64,000 nucleotides of DNA from Dehalococcoides mccartyi. GTDB lineage: Bacteria > Chloroflexota > Dehalococcoidia > UBA2979. The stretch is taken from assembly GCA_945865925.1 (NCBI GenBank), contig CAMBFG010000001.1:142854-206853 (forward strand). Reading direction: 5' to 3'. Positions 10,488 through 19,287 of this stretch are shown in pieces (position 1 is the stretch's first letter; each line of letters starts with the position of its first letter). The notes under the pieces were generated by a model, which was given only the letters and a program-made list of their open reading frames with translations, did not search any database and had not been told where the DNA came from. The position numbers and the translations under genes are program-made.

Positions 10488-10892
10488 ATGCTCGCAGAGT
10501 TCAAGCAGTTCCTGCTTCGGGGCAACGTCGTCGACCTCGCGGTCGGCGTGATCATCGGCGTCGCCTTCGGCGGTGTCGTCACGGCGCTCGTCGAGGGCGT
10601 GTTCACGCCGCTGATCGCTGCTGTCGTTGGTCAGCCGGACTTCTCCTCGATTGGTTTCGATCTGAACGAGAGCCGGATTGAGGTCGGACTGCTCCTGAAC
10701 GCGCTCTTCGCGTTCCTGGTGGTCGCAGCCGTGGTCTTCTTCTTCATCGTCACGCCCGTCAACCGCATGACGGCGCGCGCACGCACCGAGGCTCCCGTAG
10801 AGCCGACGCTGAAGAAATGCCCCGAGTGCCTGATGGATGTCCCGCGCGCCGCGAAGCGCTGTGGCCACTGCACGAGCCCACTCGCGGCCTAG
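10488..10892 (+). CDS. mscL: large-conductance mechanosensitive channel MscL with C-terminal zinc-ribbon
   Basis: MLAEFKQFLLRGNVVDLAVGVIIGVAFG... is the canonical MscL N-terminus. ATG at 10488 rather than the ORF-track start 10284. C-terminus has CPEC...CGHC. Confidence 0.85.
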   Translation: MLAEFKQFLLRGNVVDLAVGVIIGVAFGGVVTALVEGVFTPLIAAVVGQPDFSSIGFDLNESRIEVGLLLNALFAFLVVAAVVFFFIVTPVNRMTARARTEAPVEPTLKKCPECLMDVPRAAKRCGHCTSPLAA

Positions 10893-10900
10893 GGGACGCC

Positions 10901-11776
10901 TCAGCGCGCCAGCACGGCCTTCAGGGCGGCCTCGACCTCTTCACGGGCGGCGTAGGCCTCGAAGCGGTTGGCCACGCGCCCATCTGACGCGACCACGAAG
11001 GTCCACTCATCGGTGCTGATGCCCCACTCCGCGAGGAGTGGAGAGCGGCGGGCACGTGACAGATCGCCCTTGATCTCGTGCGGGTTATCGTAAATGTCGA
11101 CGTGGATGAACTCCGCCCGCCCGGCGTACTGCTTCGCGAGCGCGCCGAGGTCCTCCACCTGTGGCCCGCAGAGCGGCGTCGTGCAGAACGCCGGTGAGGC
11201 AAACACCACCACGAATGGCCGTCCGGCGGCGAGCGCGTCGGCGATGCGCGCCCGATACAGCGCCGGATCTGCTTCGGTCGATGTCGTCAGTTCGGCGAGC
11301 GACCCAACGTCCGAGGAGATGCGGTTGCGACTGGCGGGCGCCCGGTCACCGATGGCGGGCGATTTCGGCGTTGCGGCGACCTGCACCGGGAACGTGAGGC
11401 GTGTCGCCTTCCCCTCGATGGGTACAGCAACATCGAGGGTGTAATCGCCCGTCTTCGCGAACGTCGCTTGCGTGACGTAGACGCCTCGGGTGCCGGCCGG
11501 GAAGGGGTGGTAGCGGGCGCTCAGTGCCTGCCGCTCGCTGCCCCTGCGCACGATGACCTCGATGGCTGGTGCGCGCACCAGCGCGTCGCGCGCAGTGATG
11601 GCAAAGGCGATCCGCTGTTCCCCGGTGCCGAGGTCCGGCGTGCCGAAGAGGATGTCCAGGCCGCTCGCCTCGTCGCGGTACATCGGATAGCCGCCGGAGA
11701 AGGGATCTTGCACGCGCTTCATCGTGTCGCCGCCGCACGCCGCGAGGAGGGCGACGAACGTGGCGACGAGGAGCAT
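10901..11776 (-). CDS. thioredoxin-fold (redoxin/TlpA-like) lipoprotein
   Basis: Lipobox-like LLAACGG at the internal M (11776). C-terminal thioredoxin-like fold around FASPAFCTTPLCG (CxxxC). The longer ORF extension is R/S-rich and implausible. Confidence 0.6.
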   Translation of the reverse strand: MLLVATFVALLAACGGDTMKRVQDPFSGGYPMYRDEASGLDILFGTPDLGTGEQRIAFAITARDALVRAPAIEVIVRRGSERQALSARYHPFPAGTRGVYVTQATFAKTGDYTLDVAVPIEGKATRLTFPVQVAATPKSPAIGDRAPASRNRISSDVGSLAELTTSTEADPALYRARIADALAAGRPFVVVFASPAFCTTPLCGPQVEDLGALAKQYAGRAEFIHVDIYDNPHEIKGDLSRARRSPLLAEWGISTDEWTFVVASDGRVANRFEAYAAREEVEAALKAVLAR

Positions 11777-11870
11777 GGCAAGGCGGTGCGGCACGGCGTC
11801 CTCGATAGGCGGTTGGGAAGGCGATCGTACCGCGCCGGGCGTTACGCTCCTCGCTGATTGGGAGGGCGCG

Positions 11871-12803
11871 ATGCGGCACGTGCTGGCGGCGGACATCGGC
11901 GGGACGCACATGCGCGCCGCCGTCGTGCGGGAAGACAGCGCGATCCTTGCGCGGGTCAGTGCGCCCACCCTGCCCGGCGAGGGTTTCGATGCCGCCACGG
12001 AGCACCTCTCGCTGCTGTTCCAGCAAGTCGCGGCACGCGCCCTCGCGCCTGACCTCCTCGCCATCGGGATCTCGACCGCCGGCCCGGTCGATCCCACGGA
12101 TGGCACCTACCGCCACCCGCCCAATCTCGAGGGCTGGGACGGTCGCTCGATGATCCCCATGCTGACCGACCACCTGGGGATGCCCGTGCGGGTCGGGCAC
12201 GATGCCACGCTCGCGGCGCTGGCTGAGACGCGCTGGGGCCACCGCTCCGGCGCGAAGCACCTGCTGTACGTCACCGTCAGCACCGGCATCGGCGCGGGGA
12301 TCATCGTGGACGGGCGGCCAGTCACCGGTGCCTCCGGCGGTGCGGGCGAGGTCGGCCACATGATCGTGGCGCCGGGTGGCGCCTCATGTGGCGCTGGCTG
12401 CCCCGGCTGCCTCGAAGGGAACGCCTCCGGCCGCGCGATCGCCCTCGCTGCGCGCGTCGCCATCGAGGGTGGCGCGCACACGATCCTCATGACGGATGCC
12501 GACGCTGCCGCCGTGTTCGCCGCTGCCGAGGCGGGCGACAGCGTCGCGGACGCGATCGTCGAGGGGGCAATGGGGCACCTCGCGGCGGGGATCGCGGGGC
12601 TGCTCGCGATCTTCGACCCGGAGGTGATCATCCTCGGCGGTGGGGTCGCGGAGGGATTTGTGACCCGCTGGGACGCACTGATCGCCGCGATCCAGGAGCG
12701 CGCGCTGCCGCGCTACGCCTCGGGCGTCCCGGTCGAACGCACCACGCTCGGGGACGAGGTCGGCCTGCTGGGCGCGGCGCTCTGGGCGCTGGGCGAGGAG
12801 TAG
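11871..12803 (+). CDS. ROK-family sugar kinase (glucokinase-like)
   Basis: MRHVLAADIGGTHMR ATP-binding N-terminus. ROK zinc motif GHM...CGAGCPGCLEG. ATG at 11871. Confidence 0.8.
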   Translation: MRHVLAADIGGTHMRAAVVREDSAILARVSAPTLPGEGFDAATEHLSLLFQQVAARALAPDLLAIGISTAGPVDPTDGTYRHPPNLEGWDGRSMIPMLTDHLGMPVRVGHDATLAALAETRWGHRSGAKHLLYVTVSTGIGAGIIVDGRPVTGASGGAGEVGHMIVAPGGASCGAGCPGCLEGNASGRAIALAARVAIEGGAHTILMTDADAAAVFAAAEAGDSVADAIVEGAMGHLAAGIAGLLAIFDPEVIILGGGVAEGFVTRWDALIAAIQERALPRYASGVPVERTTLGDEVGLLGAALWALGEE

Positions 12804-12860
12804 GCGAGGAGCGACAGAGCGGCGTTCGCCCTCGACGGCGGCGCACCGTAGCCTGTCCTC

Positions 12861-14459
12861 ATGATCTTCTCGGAGTCCCTGTCCAAGTCCTACGGGCGAG
12901 CGCGCGTCCTGCGCGACGCTTCCTTCATCATCGGCGACGGTGAGCGGGTGGGACTCGTCGGCCCGAACGGCGCCGGGAAGTCGACGATCCTTGAGATCGT
13001 GGCGGGCGAGGAAGAGGCAGACAGCGGCAAGGCCGGCTGGCGTGGCGGCGACATGGGCTTCCACCACCAGGAGGCCCGCCTGGCTGCCGAGCGCACCCTC
13101 GTCGAGGAACTGTGGACCGCCTTCCCGGAGGCCCGCGCAATCGAGCGCGACCTCACCTCCGTCGCCGCACAGATCGAGGCGGGCGACGGCGACCTCGACG
13201 TCCTGATCGAAGAACAGACCTCGCTGTTCGAACGGTTCGAGGCGCTGGACGGGTACCGCATCGACCAGCGGATCGGGCGCGTGCTGGACGGCCTCGGGTT
13301 CGCGGTCACCGACCGGGACAAGTTGTGCGGCGACTTCTCCGGCGGCTGGCAGATGCGCGTCTCGCTCGCGAAGGTGCTGGTCCACCGACCGCCGAACATC
13401 GTGCTGGACGAGCCGACGAACCACCTCGACATTGCCGCGCGGGACTGGCTGGCGCTCGAACTGGGTGAGTACCGCGGCACCGTATTGATCGTCACACACG
13501 ACACCGAGTTTATGGACATCGTCGCGACCCGCATCCTGGAACTGAAGGACGGCGCGATCACCTCGTACACCGGGAACTACACGGACTATCAGCGCCAGAA
13601 GGCGGACCGCATCTCGCAGCAGGACCGCGCGGCCGCGCGACAAGAGCGCGAGATCGATAAGCAGACGAAGTTCATCGAGCGGTTCCGCTACAAGCAGACC
13701 AAGGCGACCGCCGTGCAGTCGCGCATCAAGGCGGTCGAGCGCATCGAACGCATCGAGCGCCCCAACCAGCGCGAGCAGACCGTCTCCTTCCAGTTGCAGG
13801 CCACCGGCCGTACGGAACGCGACCTGCTCGCTGTCACCAACGTGGCCCACGCCTACGGCGAGCACCAGGTACTCACGGACGTCACGCTCCACGTGGAGCG
13901 CGGCGACCGTGTCGTGTTCATTGGCCCGAACGGCAGCGGGAAGTCCACGCTGCTCAAGATCGTCGCGAGGCTCCTCGAACCGACCGGCGGCGCCGTCGTG
14001 TGGTCGGACCGAGCGCGCCTCGGCTACTACGACCAGCACCAAGACGAGGCGCTGGAGTCCGGACGGACGGTGATCGAGGAAGTGCGTGCGGTCGCCACGG
14101 ACGAACCGGACGAGCGCTTGCGCAACATCCTCGGCCGCTTCCTGTTCCGCGGTGACGATGTCTACAAGCCGATCTCCGTGTTGTCAGGCGGGGAGCGCAG
14201 CCGCGTCGCGCTCGCCAAGTTCCTGATCGAGCCCTCGAACGTCCTCCTGCTGGACGAACCCACCAACCACCTGGACGTGGGGACCCGCCGCCGCCTGCTC
14301 GATGCCCTCGAGGGTTACGACGGCACGATCATCTGCGCGAGCCACGATGCCACGATCCTCGAACGCGTGGCGACGCGGGTCTACGAGGTCGACGGTGGGA
14401 CGGCCGTGGAGAAGGAAGACATGCGGCGCGAACTGCCGCCGGTGAAGCGCTCGCGGTAG
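12861..14459 (+). CDS. ABC-F family ATPase (tandem ABC domains, no TMD)
   Basis: Two Walker A sites (GPNGAGKST, GPNGSGKST) and two LSGG signatures (FSGGWQMR, LSGGERSR) separated by a linker. This is ABC-F architecture. Confidence 0.85.
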   Translation: MIFSESLSKSYGRARVLRDASFIIGDGERVGLVGPNGAGKSTILEIVAGEEEADSGKAGWRGGDMGFHHQEARLAAERTLVEELWTAFPEARAIERDLTSVAAQIEAGDGDLDVLIEEQTSLFERFEALDGYRIDQRIGRVLDGLGFAVTDRDKLCGDFSGGWQMRVSLAKVLVHRPPNIVLDEPTNHLDIAARDWLALELGEYRGTVLIVTHDTEFMDIVATRILELKDGAITSYTGNYTDYQRQKADRISQQDRAAARQEREIDKQTKFIERFRYKQTKATAVQSRIKAVERIERIERPNQREQTVSFQLQATGRTERDLLAVTNVAHAYGEHQVLTDVTLHVERGDRVVFIGPNGSGKSTLLKIVARLLEPTGGAVVWSDRARLGYYDQHQDEALESGRTVIEEVRAVATDEPDERLRNILGRFLFRGDDVYKPISVLSGGERSRVALAKFLIEPSNVLLLDEPTNHLDVGTRRRLLDALEGYDGTIICASHDATILERVATRVYEVDGGTAVEKEDMRRELPPVKRSR

Positions 14460-14492
14460 ACGCGACTGCTGCTTCGGTTGGACTGACCTCGA

Positions 14493-15842
14493 CTACGGCG
14501 TGAGCACGAGGATCTCGGCGGTGTAGCCGACCTGGCGCCACCAATCCCCACCCTCGTCAGCACTGGCGAACCAGATGTCGCGATGACTCCTGGTGACCCC
14601 GCCGCCCGTGTCCTTGCAGATGTACACCCGGTTCAGCGGGTCTCCCACGATGAGGAATCGCTGCCCCATGTAGGCCGAGGCGCACGACGCGGCGCCGGCA
14701 TGGACGCGTTCGCCGTTCGCCATGTAGCCACAGAAGCCGCCGCCGTCGCCCACAGCGCCGGAACGGACGCCCGGTGAGCAGTAGTAGAACGTGACGGTCG
14801 CGACTCCGTACGAAACGGTGTTCGATGCGCCTGTCGGGACGGGCGCCGCGACCGGCGCCGGGGGCGCGCTTGCGGTGGGCACAGGCGTGGAGGCCGCTGG
14901 GGTGATCGTGGCGAGAGCGCCCGTTCGCTTCACGAACACGACGCTATCCGCGGCCAGCAAGCCACTGGTCAGCGAGTTGGCGAAGCCGGGGGCACCCGCG
15001 ATATAGGAGAGCCAGCGCTGGCTACCCGGCTCCCACATGCTGACTGACTCAACCGGGAAGGCCTGCGCGGCCACCAGAGCGGCGAGGTCGCTCGTCCCCG
15101 CCAGTCCAACTGTCGTGCCGCTAACCGCCGGTGCCGTGAAGGCGACAGCCATCCCACCGCCCGAGGCAGCCGCAACGGGCGCTGGGAGCGTCGTTGGGAG
15201 GTCGCCCTGGCGGCGGATGAAGACGGCGCTGTTCAGCGGCAGCGGATCCTCGCCGATGGTGTTGAACGGGGAACCGGGGATGTAGGTCAGGAAGCGCCGG
15301 GTAGCCGTGTCGTAGACGGCGAGCGAGGTGACCTCGAACGCCTGGGCCGCGACCACCGCGCGAGGTGACAGTCCGCTCACCAGGCCAACCGTGAGCCCTC
15401 CAGCCGGGGGTAGGCGGCTCGGCAGGGCGATGCTGGCCCGACTGGCGGTGACGGTCGCTGCCGGGATTGCCACTGAGGTTGCCGCTGTCGGGACGGGCGC
15501 GGCCACCGGGGTGCCGCTGTCCGTCGTCAGGTACTGCGCCGCGGACCAGCCGACCGTCTCGCCCCAACGGACGAGCGTCCACGCGAGTCCATCGGCCGTA
15601 GCCTGCTGCCCGGCGTCCACGACCAGCGTGCCGTCCGGGATACAGCCGATGGCGGGGCCAGCGAGGCCAGCGCTCGCGCGCATCCGCAAGCAGTCGCCCT
15701 GCGCGCTCACCCGGAGGTTCGAGGCGGCCTCGATGGCCGGTGGCGCGGCCGCCAGGGCGGCGACGAGGAGCACGGCGACAACGAAACCGGCGGAGATCCG
15801 CCGGTGACGGGGTGCGAACAGATGTACGAAGTTGTTTAACAT
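14493..15842 (-). CDS. secreted SH3b + 3D-domain cell-wall protein
   Basis: Signal peptide (RRISAGFVVAVLLVAALAAAPPAIEA). SH3b-like segment. C-terminal 3D/MltA-like domain (CKDTGGGVTRSHRDIWFASADEGGDWW). Confidence 0.65.
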   Translation of the reverse strand: MLNNFVHLFAPRHRRISAGFVVAVLLVAALAAAPPAIEAASNLRVSAQGDCLRMRASAGLAGPAIGCIPDGTLVVDAGQQATADGLAWTLVRWGETVGWSAAQYLTTDSGTPVAAPVPTAATSVAIPAATVTASRASIALPSRLPPAGGLTVGLVSGLSPRAVVAAQAFEVTSLAVYDTATRRFLTYIPGSPFNTIGEDPLPLNSAVFIRRQGDLPTTLPAPVAAASGGGMAVAFTAPAVSGTTVGLAGTSDLAALVAAQAFPVESVSMWEPGSQRWLSYIAGAPGFANSLTSGLLAADSVVFVKRTGALATITPAASTPVPTASAPPAPVAAPVPTGASNTVSYGVATVTFYYCSPGVRSGAVGDGGGFCGYMANGERVHAGAASCASAYMGQRFLIVGDPLNRVYICKDTGGGVTRSHRDIWFASADEGGDWWRQVGYTAEILVLTP

Positions 15843-16006
15843 CCCGAAAACCGTAGTCGCCCCGCTGCGGGTTTGGGAACCCCAGGCCGTCAGAAATCTT
15901 CACGAACTATGACCAAATGTGTTGAACTGATGATCCACCTGATCACGTTCAAGGAATCTGGCACGGACTTTCCTCCGACTCCGGGGTCGGATACGGTACG
16001 AGCCGA

Positions 16007-16082
16007 GCCGAGGTAGCTCAGTTGGTAGAGCACGCGACTGAAAATCGCGTGGTCGCCGGTTCAAGTCCGGCCCTCGGCACCA
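16007..16082 (+). tRNA. tRNA-Phe (anticodon GAA), CCA encoded
   Basis: Hand-folded cloverleaf: 7-bp acceptor GCCGAGG/CCUCGGC, D-arm GCUCAGUUGGUAGAGC, anticodon loop CUGAAAA, T-arm GCCGGTTCAAGTCCGGC, discriminator A + CCA. Confidence 0.9.
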
Positions 16083-16128
16083 ACCTTTCCTCGGTGGGAA
16101 CGCTCCGAGGTCTGCGGATGGACGGCGG

Positions 16129-16968
16129 ATGACCCGCATCCTGATAGCCGCCAGTACGCCCGGCGCAGGCGCGACCACGGTCGCCGTCGGCCTCGCGCAT
16201 CGCCTTGCCTACGCTGGCCACGAGGTACGCCTCGAGCGCCTGTCGGGCGATGACCGTGCCCCGTCGGACGCCGCCGTCTTCGCCACCCTCGACTTTTGCT
16301 CGGCCTCCGGTTCGCCCGTGGACGCCTCCGCTGTGCCGGATGGCGCCGTCGTGGTGATCGAGGCGCCAGCCGGCGCCGATGCCGCTGCGCTTGCCTCACG
16401 CCTCGGGGCGAAACTCGTCGCTGTGGACGGTGGGTCCGGAGCGCCTTCGGGTGCCGCACTCACGATCCTGAACCGCGCCCGCAAGGGCGGCGCGCTGACG
16501 TTGCCCGAGGATCGCCTGCTGGCAGCGCCGACCGTCGGCCAGATCGCGGAGACCGCACGCGCGCGCGTCCTTGTGCGGTCGCAAGAAGGCGACAGCGCGG
16601 TCATCGAGCACATCGTCATCGGCGCGATCTCGCACGACTCGGCGGACACGTACTTCGAGCGGTTCCCGCGAAAGGCCGTCGTCTGCCGCGCGGAGAAGAC
16701 CGACCTGGGCCTTGCGGCGCTGATCACGGGTGCTGAGGTGATGGTGCTGTCCGGTGGCAATGACCCGAGCCCGTACCTCCTCGACCGCGCCGGTGCGAGC
16801 CGGACGACGACGGTCCTGCTGGCACCGGAGGGCACGGTCGAGACCGTGCGTGACATCGAGGGCCTGTACGGCACCGCGCCGTTCTCCCACGCGGCGAAGG
16901 TGGAGCGCGCCGGCGAACTCATCGCCGCCGCCATCGACGACGCCTCGCTCGCCTCGCTGCTCGCCTGA
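16129..16968 (+). CDS. DRTGG / phosphotransacetylase-N-terminal-like domain protein (no catalytic Pta domain)
   Basis: N-terminal P-loop-like AASTPGAGATTV (CobQ/DTB-synthetase-like) and C-terminal DRTGG-like MVLSGGNDPS. Starts 46 nt after the tRNA. Confidence 0.55.
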   Translation: MTRILIAASTPGAGATTVAVGLAHRLAYAGHEVRLERLSGDDRAPSDAAVFATLDFCSASGSPVDASAVPDGAVVVIEAPAGADAAALASRLGAKLVAVDGGSGAPSGAALTILNRARKGGALTLPEDRLLAAPTVGQIAETARARVLVRSQEGDSAVIEHIVIGAISHDSADTYFERFPRKAVVCRAEKTDLGLAALITGAEVMVLSGGNDPSPYLLDRAGASRTTTVLLAPEGTVETVRDIEGLYGTAPFSHAAKVERAGELIAAAIDDASLASLLA

Positions 16969-17070
16969 GCAACCGTCCGAGCGCCACACACCCCTTCGAG
17001 GACACCAACCGCGGCGATACACTTTGCCTCGGTGTTCCATGTCCGATCGGATGCGTTTGAGGAGTGATCA

Positions 17071-18228
17071 ATGGCCGTCGTGCGTGTGCTCGTGGGGACT
17101 CGGAAGGGTGCGTGGGTCTACACGTCGGACGCCGCCCGTACCTCCTGGACGATCTCCAAGCCGATGATCCCGGGCTGGAGCGTGTCCCACATGAACGTGG
17201 ACACGCGGCGCGGCACGCCTCGACTGTTCGCCTCCGGTGGGCACTGGGCATGGGGCCCATAAGTCGCGCGCAGCGACGATCAGGGTGCGACGTGGGACCA
17301 GCGCTCGCCCGGCCTCGCGTTCCCGGCGGACATGGGCGCGACGATAGCCTCCGTCTGGAACGTGCAGCCCGCGATCGCCTCGCGGCCGGGGGTCGTCTAT
17401 GCGGGCACACAGCCCGCGGGCCTCTTCCGCAGCGAGGACTGGGGCGAGACCTGGGCCCCGGTCGAGGAAGTCAACAACCACCCGTTCCGCCAGTTCTGGG
17501 GCGAGACGGGCGGTGGCGCCTCGACGCTCCACACGATCGCGATGCATCCGACCGACCCGGAGTGCATGTACATCTCCGTCGCGACCGGCGGGACGTATGT
17601 GACCCACAACGGTGGCAAGACCTGGGAGATCTGCTCCCACCGTGCCATTGCGACGAACCCGATGCAGAAGAAGATGTGGGAAGAGTTCGCGGTGAACTAC
17701 CCGCAGTTCGCCAACCAGGACTTCCCGGTGCCGCCCGGAGTCGACCCGGAAGCGGTGAACGAGATGCACAAGATGCGGCTCGACACCACCAACCCGCAGC
17801 GGCTGTGGGCCCAGACGCACGTCGGCGTCTTCCGGTCGGACGATGGCGGTGACCACTGGGACGACGTGACTCAAGGCTTGCCCTCGTTCCACGGCTTCCC
17901 GATCGGCGTTTCGAAGACCGGCGACGGCGCCGCCTTCGTCGTCCCGCTGACCTTCGAGGCCGACAACTTCCGTGTGGTGGACGGCCAGTTCGCCGTCTGG
18001 CGCACGCGCGATGACGGTGCTTCGTGGACCTGCCTGACCGAAGGCCTCCCGGGGCCAAATGACTACCAGAGCGTCTACCGCGAGGGCATGGACACGGACG
18101 ACGAGGGCGGCGTGTACGTCGGGACGACGAATGGCGCGGTCTACGCCTCAGCCGACGGTGGCGACCACTGGCAGCGCCTGCCGGGGACGCTGCCGCCGAT
18201 CGTCAGCGTGACGGCCGTGCGGTACTAG
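17071..18228 (+). pseudogene. BNR/Asp-box repeat (Ycf48-/sialidase-like beta-propeller) gene interrupted by in-frame TAA
   Basis: ORFs 17071..17262 and 17332..18228 are in the same frame. The 69 nt between them translate to VARSDDQGATWDQ..., a BNR motif. A single TAA sits at 17260-17262. Six SxDxGxTW motifs in total. Strong RBS (TGAGGAG-6-ATG) at 17071. Confidence 0.7.
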
Positions 18229-18255
18229 CCAGCATCGAGGGTGATCTGGCGCCGG

Positions 18256-18690
18256 CTAGGCGCCACCCTCGAGCAGTTTCTTCATCTCGCCGAGCACCAT
18301 CGCCCAGTTGGCGGCGGAGTGGTCGCGCGCTTCCTCGTTCGGGACGTTGTCCTGCGACATCGTGACGAGAGTCGAGCCGCCTCGATCCTCCACGCGCTGG
18401 TCGATGCGCTGGCGATTCTCCGGAGTGTCGGCGACCCCAGAGAAGTTGCTCCAGTACGAGAACGCGAGGTGGCGCTGCGGCTCGAACTCGAGCACGGTGC
18501 CGAGGTCCTCGTACGGTTTCCCCTCCCACTCGCCTCGGTAGGTGATCGGGCTACCGACCTTCCAGTCGGTCGCCATCTCCGTGCCGAAGAAATACTGCTT
18601 CACGAGTGCCGGCTCGGTCAGCGCCGCCCAGACACGCGCCACGGGCGCGGCAATCTCGATGCTGGCCTCAGCGATCAGGTCCGTCGCCAT
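18256..18690 (-). CDS. SRPBCC-superfamily protein (AHSA1/polyketide-cyclase-like)
   Basis: START/Bet v1-like pattern (IAAPVARVWAALTEP...). Confidence 0.65.
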   Translation of the reverse strand: MATDLIAEASIEIAAPVARVWAALTEPALVKQYFFGTEMATDWKVGSPITYRGEWEGKPYEDLGTVLEFEPQRHLAFSYWSNFSGVADTPENRQRIDQRVEDRGGSTLVTMSQDNVPNEEARDHSAANWAMVLGEMKKLLEGGA

Positions 18691-19208
18691 CAGTGGGATC
18701 CTTCCCGCACGACTCCGGTCTCTCCGAACGACCTCACGAGGTTCGTGAGGTAGCCGGTGACGGTACGGTCGTGCCCGATGATGAATTTGCTCACCGTGCG
18801 GAAGAGCGGGTGGTATACCTCGCCGGCTTCCGTCACGGCGACCTCGGTGCCACCCGGCGCCTGACGGAGCGTGACCGTCCAGGTGCCTCCAAACATCCTA
18901 TTCGCCACGACCCGCCGTACGAGGCGTCCCGGTGGCACTGCCTCAACCGTTTCAAGGGCTATGTCCCCGGCTTCGCGCCAGACCTCATGCCCATCGTGAT
19001 CATCGAGGCGGACGGGGCGCTTCACGTCCGGTCGCCACGCGGTTTGCCCGGCGAAGTCCACGATGCGTGCCCAGATCAACTCGCGCGGCTGCTGGATGAC
19101 CACGCTGCGTGTGACGGTGTGGCGCACCGGTAGGAAGAGGCCGATGGCCACCGGTGACACGACCAGCACGATCAGGACGGTCAGGACAGGGAGGAGAAGC
19201 GGCGACAC
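18690..19208 (-). CDS. membrane-anchored SRPBCC-superfamily protein
   Basis: N-terminal TM helix (LLLPVLTVLIVLVVSPVAIGLFL) then SRPBCC fold (PRELIWARIVDFAGQTAW). GTG at 19208 chosen because longer starts would overlap the divergent S2P gene. Confidence 0.55.
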   Translation of the reverse strand: MSPLLLPVLTVLIVLVVSPVAIGLFLPVRHTVTRSVVIQQPRELIWARIVDFAGQTAWRPDVKRPVRLDDHDGHEVWREAGDIALETVEAVPPGRLVRRVVANRMFGGTWTVTLRQAPGGTEVAVTEAGEVYHPLFRTVSKFIIGHDRTVTGYLTNLVRSFGETGVVREGSH

Positions 19209-19287
19209 GGGAGATCCTCGGGTGGGGCGTGGGGTGCCGTACCATCGTATCGGGACGTCAGCGTGACGCGACGCACCGAGGACGCAC

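Noticed and set aside
12384-14042. Very long alternative-frame or antisense ORFs (e.g. 12384..14042-, 3526..5226+, 27188..29617+, 40673..42583+, 29720..30898+)
   Set aside because: Their translations are Arg/Ala/Gly/Pro-rich low-complexity sequences typical of off-frame reading in 70% GC DNA. Each is fully overlapped by a motif-supported gene on the other strand or frame.
17263-17331. Treating 17071..17262 and 17332..18228 as two separate genes
   Set aside because: Same frame, and the 69-nt bridge encodes a perfect BNR motif continuing the repeat register. The 63-aa fragment alone cannot fold as a propeller.
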